A DNA stretch of 64,000 nt. It comes from Escherichia phage CJ20. A model generated the notes under the pieces. That model had not been told where the DNA came from. It made no database searches and saw nothing but the letters and a program-made list of their open reading frames with translations. The stretch lies in the sequence record MT533174.1; one strand, written 5' to 3'. This document shows, piece by piece, positions 10,073 through 20,882 of the stretch (the first letter of the stretch is position 1; each line of letters starts with the position of its first letter). Made by a program: the position numbers and the translations under genes.

Positions 10073-12029
10073 ATAATGTAATTGGTTCTAAATTAATAGT
10101 CGTATAATGTGGACGAAGGTCATTTTCGAATACGATAAGCGAACCGTCTTTTGTGTAGATGTTGTCCTGGTCTGGACCCGCATACAGTTCGATTGATTGC
10201 ACTTCAAAACGGTCCGAAGTCAAACCAATCGCGGCAATGTCCCAGAAGATATAATCAGACCAATAATCGATTTCACCGATTACAAAGTATTGAGTCTGGT
10301 CAGCTGGTGCAACCATCTTATTAAAGTCATTACCTGTATAAGGTTGAATATTCGCATTAAGCTGAACATCACCTGGACGGAACGGACCAATGACCATTTT
10401 ACCATCGCCAGAAGAGTTGCGGTCAGTCGCTACAATACGGACGTTATATGAGGTAATGGTATCGCTTTGGTTTGTTGGAACGAATTCGAATTCGCTTGAT
10501 TCCACCGACCTATTAGTATATTGATTATAATATTTAATGCCGGATTCTGGAGTCTTAAAGAAGTTCAAGACCTCGCGAACCATTGTCACCGTTGCAGACG
10601 AACCCAAAATACTATGGTCAGTATTATCCACATAAGTGAGCATTTTCGATTTAGCAAAACTGTGGTTAAACAATTCAACTTCATCAATATAATAGCGGTC
10701 AATCTGGTTAATGATTTGTGCTTGCAACCACTGTTCAGATTCCTGTAATTTATTCAGCGCATAAGACACTTTGATATTGTGTTTAAGGAACAAATAATCA
10801 GGAGAAATAACTGATGGTGTAATTGTCGATACGTTGAACTCACTAAGGTAGTTTTTGATGTCCTCACGCTGCACTGCGGTGAGATACAAGCCCGATTTAG
10901 GTTTAACTGATATAAACGCATACCCAGGTTTATTTGCGTCCGTAAACGTCTGTACGGCTTGTACGATTGAGCCGAATCTTTCTGATACGAAGGTATCATA
11001 ATCGGTCCCGGTGACAGCACGCATCTGCGCTTCACGTTTAACTACAGCCAGTTCACGGATTCGTTCAATATCTTCCGGGTCACCGCCACCATCAGCTCCA
11101 ACGTAATCTTTATCGTTATTGTAGTTTTCGGTAATCTTGTCAACAGTGATATAAGTCAAGGAGTCTGCATAGCTGAAATCAACTGCACCATTTGCATCAG
11201 CCCCTGATGTGCGAAGATATTCGATAACAATTGTCGAATCCTGCACAGGTTTCAATCCACCAATATAGTTGGCTTCCAATACGCCACCGGCAACCGATTT
11301 GGTCGATTCCCCTTCACCAAAGAAGAATTCAGTATTACCATCAACAGTTTCACGCATATAGAAAATGGTGGATGTTGAGCCAGCATGAACCATTGATTTG
11401 TTTGTCCAGTCAGTCCACTCGATACCGTTCACAAAAAGCTTAACTTCTTTTCGGTCAATATCCGGGTCACGAATAAGAATAGGTTGTTTCGGGTCATACA
11501 AAAGTTCGGTACGAATAATGCGGCCTTGTGCAAGGGATACAATCGGCAGATATTGGTTGTTAATGTCTTTTACCGCGATTACATTATCCGTTGTGACAAA
11601 CATATAAGGGTCAGCTGATGTATCACGAGCATAAGCCAGGAACTTAGTCCCGCGCGGGATTTCAATATTCGATGGTTGGAGAGCGTGAGAACATGTCAGC
11701 ATAACCGAAGTCTTTGCGGCTGAACGTGAAGATGGAAGATAACCATTATCCTGTGCAGCTTGAACAACCGAAGACCTTAGGTTTGCAGTTCCGATAAATG
11801 ATTCATAAACTGCCGTATTAGCAAACTGCTGCATATACAATGTATTATATGCAAGCATATCAATCAGGATATTCATTCGCGAACCTACGAAATCATAATC
11901 CTTAAATTCATCCTGGCTTGATAACCAGTCAATGATGTTCTTTTTAATTTCTTCAAACGTAGCTCCCACAAATACTTTTGGGATAGCGTTAACGGTTCTT
12001 GTTAATTGGTAATTCGTAGGAGTAGCCAT
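10071..12029 (-). CDS. 6: baseplate wedge protein gp6
   Basis: 652 aa; high identity over the whole length to the T4 gp6 sequence as I recall it (for example YQLTRT-NAIP, VYESF, ANLRSSVVQ, GADGGGDPEDIERIREL, C-terminal SLIVFENDLRP). Confidence 0.92.
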   Translation of the reverse strand: MATPTNYQLTRTVNAIPKVFVGATFEEIKKNIIDWLSSQDEFKDYDFVGSRMNILIDMLAYNTLYMQQFANTAVYESFIGTANLRSSVVQAAQDNGYLPSSRSAAKTSVMLTCSHALQPSNIEIPRGTKFLAYARDTSADPYMFVTTDNVIAVKDINNQYLPIVSLAQGRIIRTELLYDPKQPILIRDPDIDRKEVKLFVNGIEWTDWTNKSMVHAGSTSTIFYMRETVDGNTEFFFGEGESTKSVAGGVLEANYIGGLKPVQDSTIVIEYLRTSGADANGAVDFSYADSLTYITVDKITENYNNDKDYVGADGGGDPEDIERIRELAVVKREAQMRAVTGTDYDTFVSERFGSIVQAVQTFTDANKPGYAFISVKPKSGLYLTAVQREDIKNYLSEFNVSTITPSVISPDYLFLKHNIKVSYALNKLQESEQWLQAQIINQIDRYYIDEVELFNHSFAKSKMLTYVDNTDHSILGSSATVTMVREVLNFFKTPESGIKYYNQYTNRSVESSEFEFVPTNQSDTITSYNVRIVATDRNSSGDGKMVIGPFRPGDVQLNANIQPYTGNDFNKMVAPADQTQYFVIGEIDYWSDYIFWDIAAIGLTSDRFEVQSIELYAGPDQDNIYTKDGSLIVFENDLRPHYTTINLEPITL

Positions 12030-12030
12030 T

Positions 12031-14094
12031 TTATTTCCTAGTAGGAGATTCTAAACAAGGTATGCAAATGGAAAGGGATGGAAATGCAATCGTTAAACCG
12101 AATATTCCCAGCATCTTATTAATCCATTGTACCACCTTACTTAATGATAATGTTGATATTTGGTTATACATTGATTTGCACAAGTCTTTCATTGACCTGG
12201 AACCATCAGTAAATTCGTGATATAAAGATTTTGCTTTAGTTACTGAGTTCTCGTATATAACCATGATATCATCTACAGTAGCTCCGAGCATACCGAGAAG
12301 TTCTTCCATTTGAGTCACAATAGGAAGCTTTTTGAATTCTTCTAAAGCCATATCTAATACATCAGAAACGGAGGTTTGACTTTCGGTAATAGAGTTCTTA
12401 ATCTGATTATATTTATTCTTTAAAAGTTCAAGTGCAGCTTCAGCTTGTGCTAATGCGGCTTCCTTCTGAGCAGTTAGCTCGTCTGTAACTTTTTCGTACA
12501 TTCCTGAAAGATATTGTTTAAATTCAATAGCTTGTTTTTGTACTTCTTGCTTTTTGAGCTTAATCTCATTCCACAGATTGAGTGCCTGGGTTTTAAGAGC
12601 CTCAATCATTGCATAAGCTTCGTCTATTTTCTGGTCTACCTTTTCCATAACCATTTGATAAACATCTGATGCTGTGAATCCTGGAAAGTTACCGCTCATT
12701 ATCATGTCCAGTGGTTTAACTTGCTTCATCATTTCCTTGACCGCAGTAATAACGCTCCAAACTGGGTTCGGAACTATAGGAGGCATACTCCATATTTGAG
12801 CGAGGTCTACACACAGTTTTGATAATGCAACACCAGCCATAAGCAATTGAGACCAGGCCCAGTCATACAAGTCTGTAATTGCATCAATAAGGTCACGCGA
12901 ATACATCTTGACGCGTTCAACCGAATAATCGTATGCCGACCCAATGGCAGAATAAATCGATTGGATGGTTTCTTCTAAATTAAAGTTTTTCCATGCTTCT
13001 TTTAATTTCTGTACACCATCACCTGAAGTGCAGAGGTCTTCCAGGTCAATAGTCATGCCCATAATAGTAATCGAGGGTAAAAAGCTTTTAAGTAAGTCCC
13101 ACCCACCGCCAACAATATTCAAGACCTGTGATATGGCATCTTTAAATGCAAGAAAAGCCATTTGCTGAACATATTGACACATAGCAACAGCTGAGTTGCC
13201 TAGCTCTTCCATTGCGACCGATAGCTTACTATAACCAGAATCGAAGAATTTTTCCCAATCGGTTCCACCAGATGATGGCCATCCAGGGAGCATATCCCAA
13301 TATAATTTGAATGAATTCCTAGATGTATTCCATGAAGCCATAATCGCATTGGTCAATCCGTTGTAAGGGAATTCCGCTGTAAAAGGAACACAGCTTATTG
13401 CCCTGGCTCGCCCGGTTATTTCTGGCGGTAAAGACCCGATGGATACCGGTCCCGGAATCGGAGTTCCTGGGATACTCATATCAACATCTAGATTTAATAT
13501 CAGTCCAACATAAGTACAAGGTTTTGTCTCATAGTACTTCAAATAAGCCCTGCGGGAGTCACCAAGGCCGTTAAAGTTGACATACATATGATAATCAGCC
13601 GTAACTGCAATCATCGTCCTGGGGTCCATTCTGGGGCCTTGTGACGTCCATACACCGCCACAGTTTTCGATGCGATACATATCATATTCAATAGATGTTT
13701 TATACAATACAGATTTTGATAAATCGGCGCCGTACCAATCATTACCGGACAAAAGAGTTGCACCAATCGATTCTACATAATTTTCTAAATCCAATTGCGT
13801 AATAAAGAATATTCCGAGTTTAGCACACCAGATACCTTGACTTGTTCCATCTTCCGGCGGGGGAGGTGCAGGAAAAGTTTCGGACTTATTACCAAATGGA
13901 TTTTGTGTGTATAAATGTGTAGCTAGTGGAATAATCTCGGTATCCCATTCAACGCCATTCCCAGGTTGAATAAAAGCACCTGTTGGGTTATATAATTCCC
14001 ATTTAACCCGGCGATATTCACCGGGTCCTACTGCGTCATCACAGGGACTTGTTACAGTCCCTACCACTTCATCAACTTTATTGTAGTAATTCAT
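12031..14094 (-). CDS. hypothetical 687-aa protein embedded in the baseplate operon (central coiled coil, hydrophobic Cys-containing C-terminus)
   Basis: Long uninterrupted ORF; ATG at 14094 lies 1 nt after the gp5 stop and its own stop lies 1 nt before the gp6 ATG; I recognise no homolog; occupies the slot where T4 has genes 5.1 to 5.4. Confidence 0.7.
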   Translation of the reverse strand: MNYYNKVDEVVGTVTSPCDDAVGPGEYRRVKWELYNPTGAFIQPGNGVEWDTEIIPLATHLYTQNPFGNKSETFPAPPPPEDGTSQGIWCAKLGIFFITQLDLENYVESIGATLLSGNDWYGADLSKSVLYKTSIEYDMYRIENCGGVWTSQGPRMDPRTMIAVTADYHMYVNFNGLGDSRRAYLKYYETKPCTYVGLILNLDVDMSIPGTPIPGPVSIGSLPPEITGRARAISCVPFTAEFPYNGLTNAIMASWNTSRNSFKLYWDMLPGWPSSGGTDWEKFFDSGYSKLSVAMEELGNSAVAMCQYVQQMAFLAFKDAISQVLNIVGGGWDLLKSFLPSITIMGMTIDLEDLCTSGDGVQKLKEAWKNFNLEETIQSIYSAIGSAYDYSVERVKMYSRDLIDAITDLYDWAWSQLLMAGVALSKLCVDLAQIWSMPPIVPNPVWSVITAVKEMMKQVKPLDMIMSGNFPGFTASDVYQMVMEKVDQKIDEAYAMIEALKTQALNLWNEIKLKKQEVQKQAIEFKQYLSGMYEKVTDELTAQKEAALAQAEAALELLKNKYNQIKNSITESQTSVSDVLDMALEEFKKLPIVTQMEELLGMLGATVDDIMVIYENSVTKAKSLYHEFTDGSRSMKDLCKSMYNQISTLSLSKVVQWINKMLGIFGLTIAFPSLSICIPCLESPTRK

Positions 14095-14095
14095 A

Positions 14096-15883
14096 TTAAC
14101 CGACCTGTACGTTGCCACCAGATACTTTAGCTAATGAACCGCCATCCATATGCACAGTATTTGATGCGTTTAAATTAATGTTCGTCGCTGCAAAATTTAA
14201 ATCTTGTTCGACATTTACATCCATATTTTGAGCATTGATTGTGGCCTTTTGTTTAACGCTTATATCTGCATTCTGGTTGACATTAACTGTTGTATCTTTT
14301 TCAACCGTAATATATGCTTCTTGTTCAACAGTTATATCAGCAGTACCCATAATAACTATTTTAACATTTCCTTTAACAAGCAGAGTTCCATTACCTTCTA
14401 CAGTTTTGGTTTCATTCCCTCTGATATGAATACTTTCGTTTCCATCGGTCTGACGACGAACGTTAGCCATATTATAATAGGTTTCATCACCACCAACGTT
14501 GACTTTATTATTACCGCCAACGTAAGTACTCGAATCGCCCTGGGTCATATAATAACCATCAGCCACTGTCTTCGAAGTCTTACGACCATCTGGCGCAACT
14601 TCCTCATAGGAACCGGTCGGATGAATCAGTCGATAACGTTCTTGACCTGGGGTGTTATCGAATTCCTGTACATGCCCGCCTTCGGTTTGCATTGTCTGCA
14701 CATAAGGATATTCGCCCTTGTAACTTGATTCTGGCTCTTTAAATAGAATCCTTGTATCTTCTGGAGTCCACGGGTCGGCTGGGTCAGAATTTGTAGGGGC
14801 CACAAAGGTTTGAATCATCCTATACGAACGCCCTTTAAATTCTATTTCTTTTGGGGCCATAATACCGTATGATTCCATATTACCTGTAAGGATAATCATT
14901 GATACCCTTGATGCACGCCCTTTAGTTTGGTTAAACCATACTGAATTACGAGCTTCCTCAAATGCCTTTTTATAATCACCTACTAACATTGCGCTAAGCA
15001 TTCCACGGAATTTAGTTAATCCGCCTAATCCCATTTGGAAAGCCATGTTTTCAAGAGCCATTTGTCTCGAACGGTTTTCTTTATTATAAACCGGACCAAC
15101 AACACTGTGTTTGCCTATATCATTTTGAACTTTTTTAAGGTCTTCTTGGAATAACTTAGAAGCCTCGTCCATTGATATTGCACCAGGGTTACCTTTAACT
15201 TCACGGCCTATTTGATTAGATAATATTTTGTTTATCTGATTCATATCTCTAATAGGTTGTGGTGCAATTAAGTGGCCTATACCTATAGTTGGATATCCTT
15301 CGGTGTCCCAATATACCTTCAGTCGAAGACCTTCATCACGGTGAAGCATATTTTCAATTGTGAAATTAGGGTTATCATCTGGTTTAACCTGACTCAAATC
15401 AAGACCATCAGGGTTAATACCAAGGTCAAGGTTTGCATCCTGAATTACGTTCGAAGTTGCATCATAACCGACTTCACCGCCACGGTTAAGCGCCGCCGCA
15501 TCATTACCAACATAAAGTGGGTATTGCCCTGTGGGGTCAGAGAAACCTTCGTTAGGATTTGCTTTTTGTCTTGAGGCTGAACCATACGTACCAATAACAA
15601 GACCGTTGAGCTTCCACTTGTCTAAAAAGTGACCATATACTTGAGTACCTGGGACCATACCAGTCATGGCAGTTTGAATCCCAGAAACTGATGCAGATGA
15701 TGTTGGCATCAATACAGACATCCAAGGAAGGTCTTCGGTTCTGATACCTTTAACAGGCCCTTGTGCTTTCTCATATGGATGCATACCCCATACACGAACA
15801 CGAACACGACCTTGCTGAAGTGGGTCCATTCGGTCTTCGACAACCCCGACGAACCAACTTACATTATCTGACATGTTAATCAT
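14096..15883 (-). CDS. 5: baseplate hub and tail lysozyme gp5
   Basis: 595 aa; N-terminus WFVGVVED-MDP...GRVRVRV and internal T4-lysozyme-like motif DEGLRLKVYWDTEGYPTIGIGHL. Confidence 0.92.
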   Translation of the reverse strand: MINMSDNVSWFVGVVEDRMDPLQQGRVRVRVWGMHPYEKAQGPVKGIRTEDLPWMSVLMPTSSASVSGIQTAMTGMVPGTQVYGHFLDKWKLNGLVIGTYGSASRQKANPNEGFSDPTGQYPLYVGNDAAALNRGGEVGYDATSNVIQDANLDLGINPDGLDLSQVKPDDNPNFTIENMLHRDEGLRLKVYWDTEGYPTIGIGHLIAPQPIRDMNQINKILSNQIGREVKGNPGAISMDEASKLFQEDLKKVQNDIGKHSVVGPVYNKENRSRQMALENMAFQMGLGGLTKFRGMLSAMLVGDYKKAFEEARNSVWFNQTKGRASRVSMIILTGNMESYGIMAPKEIEFKGRSYRMIQTFVAPTNSDPADPWTPEDTRILFKEPESSYKGEYPYVQTMQTEGGHVQEFDNTPGQERYRLIHPTGSYEEVAPDGRKTSKTVADGYYMTQGDSSTYVGGNNKVNVGGDETYYNMANVRRQTDGNESIHIRGNETKTVEGNGTLLVKGNVKIVIMGTADITVEQEAYITVEKDTTVNVNQNADISVKQKATINAQNMDVNVEQDLNFAATNINLNASNTVHMDGGSLAKVSGGNVQVG

Positions 15884-16482
15884 AGAGCCTTCTCCATTTC
15901 ACGGATAAGCGCAGAAATAAATGACTCAATATCTTCTGGGTCAATTATTTTTATTTCGCGTTTGTATTCATTTTTACGAATAGCATCTTCATAGATATCC
16001 ACTGCAGCCAATGGGCCTTCGTATTGTGGATATAATTTGTTCTTATCACCTTTATCGTACCAGGTGTATGGATTATCAGGATAAGAAACAAGATTCCAGA
16101 ATTTTTCACCATCTTCATTCACATGATAAAGGACCTGGTTACCACCTATATTCGAATAGCGTTGAATTGATGCCTGATACGATGATTCTTGTGAACATAT
16201 CCAACCATAATAAGGGTCATAGATATTATTAAGCATAAGGAGAACCCAATAGAGTTGCGTGTTTCCATAGAGCTGGTATGCAAGTTCTTCAGGTCTCGGA
16301 GCTCCGGCGATGTAATATGTTTTTGGTGTATAATTAACCGCAACCTTATCAAAATAGGCACGATAGTTTCTGAAGATGTCAGTCATTGGGATGCTTAAGA
16401 CATCTTCTTTCGTTAATGATGCCGAGTTTTTTCTGATTGTTTTAGCATCATAATCAATTGGGTTAAAAAATGAAAAAAGCAT
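15880..16482 (-). CDS. 53: baseplate wedge protein gp53
   Basis: About 200 aa from the ATG at 16482 with GGAGG 5 nt upstream; the track's start at 16512 is a non-ATG codon; position between gp5 and the divergent gp4. Confidence 0.75.
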   Translation of the reverse strand: MLFSFFNPIDYDAKTIRKNSASLTKEDVLSIPMTDIFRNYRAYFDKVAVNYTPKTYYIAGAPRPEELAYQLYGNTQLYWVLLMLNNIYDPYYGWICSQESSYQASIQRYSNIGGNQVLYHVNEDGEKFWNLVSYPDNPYTWYDKGDKNKLYPQYEGPLAAVDIYEDAIRKNEYKREIKIIDPEDIESFISALIREMEKAL

Positions 16483-16494
16483 AAAGCCTCCATT

Positions 16495-16502
16495 TATAAA
16501 TA
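16495..16502 (+). promoter_or_regulatory. T4-type late promoter (TATAAATA) for gene 4, in the divergent 53/4 intergenic region
   Basis: Exact TATAAATA about 29 nt upstream of the gp4 ATG; the same palindromic TTTATAAA core reads TATAAATG on the minus strand toward gp53. Confidence 0.5.
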
Positions 16503-16530
16503 AGTATATCAATATTTATTAGGAGGCTAT

Positions 16531-16980
16531 ATGGCATACTCCGGGAAATTTAAGCCCACCAATATAGAAAAATATAAGGGCGACTGGAAGAAAATACAAT
16601 ACCGGTCAAGCTGGGAGGCGTGGTTGATGAGATGGCTCGACAACCATCCGAACGTTGTTCAATGGGGCTCTGAGACTGTCATTATCCCCTACTTTAGCAA
16701 TGCCGATGGTAAAAAGCGCAGATATTATATGGATTTCTGGGTTAAGTTTGATACGGGACAACAGTTCTTTTTCGAAGTTAAGCCATTAAAAGAAACAAGA
16801 CCTCCAACCAAACCGGCCAATAATACCACTGCGAGTAAAAAGAGATTTATTAATGAGATGTACACCTGGAGCGTTAACTCTGACAAATGGAAAGCTGCGC
16901 AAGCTACCGCTGATAAGATGGGTATAACGTTCAGGATAATCACTGAAAACTCACTGAAAAAATTAGGATGGAAAGGATGA
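16531..16980 (+). CDS. 4: head completion protein gp4
   Basis: 149 aa; synteny 53 / 4-2-3-1 as in T4; GGAGG ribosome-binding site. Confidence 0.8.
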   Translation: MAYSGKFKPTNIEKYKGDWKKIQYRSSWEAWLMRWLDNHPNVVQWGSETVIIPYFSNADGKKRRYYMDFWVKFDTGQQFFFEVKPLKETRPPTKPANNTTASKKRFINEMYTWSVNSDKWKAAQATADKMGITFRIITENSLKKLGWKG

Positions 16981-17801
16981 GTATTTTTACATTTATCAAT
17001 GAATCTGCAGATAAACCAGGTCCGAAACCCAGTAAATCCGAACAACAATGGGTTGAAATAGGGGTTGAATTTTATACAGCAAAAGAAAAGGGAATGACCT
17101 CGAAGAAGTTTGCTGAAGAGAAAGGAATCAATTATTCGACCTTTACCAAAAGCATGTCAAGATACCATTCGAGAATTCAGACTGCTTATAAAGTATCCAA
17201 GCTCAAAAAGAAACCTGCTGGTAAACTTACGAAGGCTGAACGCCAGCTGATAATGGTGAATAGTTTTAGGAAGAGCATAAGAGATAAGATTGCTAACGAA
17301 GGTGCAGCAAGCAACACCAAATCTGCCAGATGGTTTGCTGAGACAATTAAGAAATCAGTTCGCGGTCACGTAACGGCTAAACCTCAACCAGGTAAGATTT
17401 ATGCTTATATCTATGATGCAAAGCATAAGGATACTCTTCCGTACTGGGACAAATACCCGTTAATCATTTATCTTGGGCTAGGTAAGCATAATTTGATGTA
17501 TGGTTTGAACTTGCACTATATTCCACCGAAGGCACGCCAAGAGTTCCTTGAGGAACTTCTTAAGCAATATGCTAATACTCCTACGATTACGAACAAGACT
17601 CATCTGAAGATTGATTGGTCAAAGGTGAAGGGATTTAAAGGGGCTGACCAGATGATTAAAGCATATATACCTGGCAATATAAAAGGTACTATCACTGAAA
17701 TCAAGCCCAGCGACTGGGCAAACGTTGTTATGCTTCCGTTGCAAGCTTTTTACAGCAAAGGCAAAAAATTCTCTGCACAAAAAGTTTGGAGAAATTCATA
17801 A
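16977..17801 (+). CDS. 2: DNA end protector protein gp2
   Basis: 274 aa from the ATG at 16977 (ATGA overlap with gp4 stop), the same length as T4 gp2; synteny. Confidence 0.8.
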   Translation: MSIFTFINESADKPGPKPSKSEQQWVEIGVEFYTAKEKGMTSKKFAEEKGINYSTFTKSMSRYHSRIQTAYKVSKLKKKPAGKLTKAERQLIMVNSFRKSIRDKIANEGAASNTKSARWFAETIKKSVRGHVTAKPQPGKIYAYIYDAKHKDTLPYWDKYPLIIYLGLGKHNLMYGLNLHYIPPKARQEFLEELLKQYANTPTITNKTHLKIDWSKVKGFKGADQMIKAYIPGNIKGTITEIKPSDWANVVMLPLQAFYSKGKKFSAQKVWRNS

Positions 17802-17886
17802 TCTATTATCGGTCAGTGTTATTGGTAAGGACAAAAGGTCTAGAACCATTATAACACTGATTGGTTTAAAGCAAACAAGGTGCACT

Positions 17887-18486
17887 ATGTCAGGTTTATA
17901 TAATCAAACTAACACGACTAACTTTATATTAGAGGTAAGCGATTCAAACCTCACACAGACTTTTAAACTCAACGTTCAAGACGTTACCCTCCCAGGGGTT
18001 CACATTCCTGTGACGGATGTCCCCGGCGGAACGCAAGGTATAAATCGCTCCAGTCTTCCTGGTAGTACAATAGAATTCGACCCGCTGATTGTTAACTTTC
18101 TGTGTGACAAAGACCTAAGAGCATGGCTTGACATCTATAAATGGATGCTCTCGCTCAACAACTACATCACACACGAATCAAAAGCATGGCATCCAAAGGG
18201 TCGTCCTGAAGCGGTCACGCTTCATATCTTAGATAACAACAAGGACAAAATTGTCATGTCAATCCATTACTATGGAGCATGGCCGTCCGACCTGTCAGAG
18301 ATTCAGTATTCATATAAAGAAGATTCTGACCCGGCTATCAACGCAACAGCAACTTTTAACTTTAAGTCTTTTGCTGTAGAAATTGATGGTATAATAATAG
18401 AAGGTAGACCACAGATTGATAGTAATGCAGCAATGCAACAGGAAATCAGGTCTAAGTCAATGCATCCATCTATGAGAAACGTATGA
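17887..18486 (+). CDS. 3: putative tail completion / sheath stabiliser gp3
   Basis: 199-aa ORF from the internal ATG at 17887, between gp2 and gp1; assigned by synteny only, and longer than T4 gp3. Confidence 0.55.
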   Translation: MSGLYNQTNTTNFILEVSDSNLTQTFKLNVQDVTLPGVHIPVTDVPGGTQGINRSSLPGSTIEFDPLIVNFLCDKDLRAWLDIYKWMLSLNNYITHESKAWHPKGRPEAVTLHILDNNKDKIVMSIHYYGAWPSDLSEIQYSYKEDSDPAINATATFNFKSFAVEIDGIIIEGRPQIDSNAAMQQEIRSKSMHPSMRNV

Positions 18487-19159
18487 AATTAATTGCGATT
18501 GTGGGTAAAAAACGCAGTGGTAAAGATACGACTGCTGATTATGTTATTAGTCAAAACGGAACAAAGTGGCAGCTTGCAGGTCCGATTAAAGAAGCGCTTT
18601 ATAAAGCGTGGATTCGTCAAGACCTGCCACACAATTTGACCCTGGAAAATTTTGATGGGCAAGGTTATGACCGTGAAAAAACCTTGATAATGAACAACAC
18701 CGAAGCTTATATTCTTCTGGTTGATGCTCTTGAATGGTTAAAACAACAATATAATCTTGACCTTCCGAATCCAGATATGGTTCGTAAAATTATTGAATTT
18801 CACACACTAAATAATGTTGAGCCCTGGACGGTTAGACGTTTCATGCAGACCCTTGGAACTGACATCGTTTGTACAGAGTTCGACAGCATGTTTTGGATTA
18901 AAACTTTTGCATGCGATTATCTTGACAACCTCTATTCTGGATATAAATATTACGTTGTCCCGGATGTTCGCCAAAAGAACGAACTTGATTCGCTTCGGGC
19001 GATGGGTGCTACAATAATCTTTGTAGAACGCGATGAAGCAAATCATTCTACTGATACACACATTACGGAAGCTGGACTTCCACCACTAGCTAGTGACATT
19101 GTTATTAAAAACGATGGCACACTCGATGAACTTTTTGATAAAATTAATAAGGTAATATA

Positions 19160-19160
<1 letters not shown>
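18483..19160 (+). CDS. 1: deoxynucleoside monophosphate kinase gp1
   Basis: 225 aa; N-terminal P-loop MKLIAIVGKKRSGKDTTADYV resembles T4 gp1. Confidence 0.88.
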
Positions 19161-19844
<684 letters not shown>

Positions 19845-19845
<1 letters not shown>

Positions 19846-19874
19846 TGTACAAATGAGTGTAGGTGCAGTATTAT
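19845..19874 (+). promoter_or_regulatory. early-promoter-like element (GTGTAC -35, TATTAT -10) inside an inverted repeat
   Basis: AGTAGTGTAC followed 18 bp later by TATTAT; the -10 sits in the palindrome GTGTAGG...CCTACAC. Confidence 0.4.
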
Positions 19875-19905
19875 GCTCCTACACCAACGAACAAACGGAG
19901 TTAAA

Positions 19906-20238
19906 ATGAACATAAAGACTTACAACGAGTTTTTAGCCGAATCCGCCATCAATGAGACCAAATCAATTGATGATAGTGAAGGCTCTCTGAAATTTGGTTT
20001 AACCAAAAATGCAGATGGTGTTTTCTTTCAGATTGGTAATGAACGTTTTCAAACGTCCAAATATTCCAAAGCTGCAGTTGAAGCTGTCCTGAAATCTGGT
20101 GGCAAGTGGAAAGGCAAAGAAGGTACTAAAGAAATTGGCATCGCTGTTGACGGTGGTATGGCTTATTTTAAAATTGGCGATGAACAATTTATTATGTCTG
20201 CTCGCGGACGTAAAGAACTGGCAAAACTTTATAAATAA
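19906..20238 (+). CDS. internal-protein-like small protein with capsid-targeting-type N-terminus (MNIKTYNEFLAES)
   Basis: N-terminus resembles the T4 internal protein targeting sequence MKTYQEFIAEA with Glu at the protease-site position; located at the T4 ipI locus next to 57B. Confidence 0.6.
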   Translation: MNIKTYNEFLAESAINETKSIDDSEGSLKFGLTKNADGVFFQIGNERFQTSKYSKAAVEAVLKSGGKWKGKEGTKEIGIAVDGGMAYFKIGDEQFIMSARGRKELAKLYK

Positions 20239-20246
20239 GGTTTCTT

Positions 20247-20519
20247 ATGAAAACTTTCAATGAATTTTTCAACGAGTCCCAACTGAATGAAGAAGTAAAA
20301 ATTAGTAAAGCAGTCAAAGCTATGATTGACAATATCAATCACCTGTACAGCATTGACTTGACTGACCATATAACAATTGGTAACAAACGCAACTTTTTCG
20401 CGTTTGACATCTCTGAACTTGACCAGAACCAAATTAATAACATTGAGCGTTTTGCCAATGACAAGGGTCTCCGCCATGAGACAGCTGGTTATAAAAAATA
20501 TGCAATTTATCTAAAATAG
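20247..20519 (+). CDS. internal-protein-like small protein (MKTFNEFFNES)
   Basis: Capsid-targeting-like N-terminus; tandem with neighbours. Confidence 0.6.
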   Translation: MKTFNEFFNESQLNEEVKISKAVKAMIDNINHLYSIDLTDHITIGNKRNFFAFDISELDQNQINNIERFANDKGLRHETAGYKKYAIYLK

Positions 20520-20527
20520 GATTTCAA

Positions 20528-20827
20528 ATGCAAACTTTTCATGAATTTTTGGTAGAAAACAATTACCTGGCGGAAGCAAAAACCTGGCCTCTGGGTCTTC
20601 AGAAGAAAAACACCTATAAATGGGTTGACTTCAAAGGTAAAGGCGACGCTGAAGACTTTGACCAGCTGCGTAAAAATGGTTATACCTTCCTTGACTCTAA
20701 CTATAACAAAATTACCTCTTTTAGTCAGAAGTCAAGCATTGCCTTCATTGAAACTGGTAAGAACTCTCCTAAAGATATTTCTGACGACTTCGCCGCTTAT
20801 GGTGTAATTCGTGGTTCAAAAATGTAA
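20528..20827 (+). CDS. internal-protein-like small protein (MQTFHEFLVEN)
   Basis: Capsid-targeting-like N-terminus; GDAEDF...NGY-F motif shared with the ORF at 34591. Confidence 0.55.
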   Translation: MQTFHEFLVENNYLAEAKTWPLGLQKKNTYKWVDFKGKGDAEDFDQLRKNGYTFLDSNYNKITSFSQKSSIAFIETGKNSPKDISDDFAAYGVIRGSKM

Positions 20828-20856
20828 TGTACATGATGGGATAGTTGCAGTATAAT
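20828..20856 (+). promoter_or_regulatory. early-promoter-like element with -10 inside the palindrome GGGATAGTTGCAGTATAATTATCCC
   Basis: TGTACA then 17 bp then TATAAT; palindromic -10 region; followed by the leader CCATCAACTACTGGAG. Confidence 0.45.
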
Positions 20857-20882
20857 TATCCCATCAACTACTGGAGCTACTA

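Noticed and set aside
12031-14094. Calling the 687-aa baseplate-operon protein a PAAR or gp5.4 homolog
   Set aside because: I see no PAAR motifs or clear similarity to what I recall of gp5.4. The spike-tip idea is kept only as a hypothesis in the findings.
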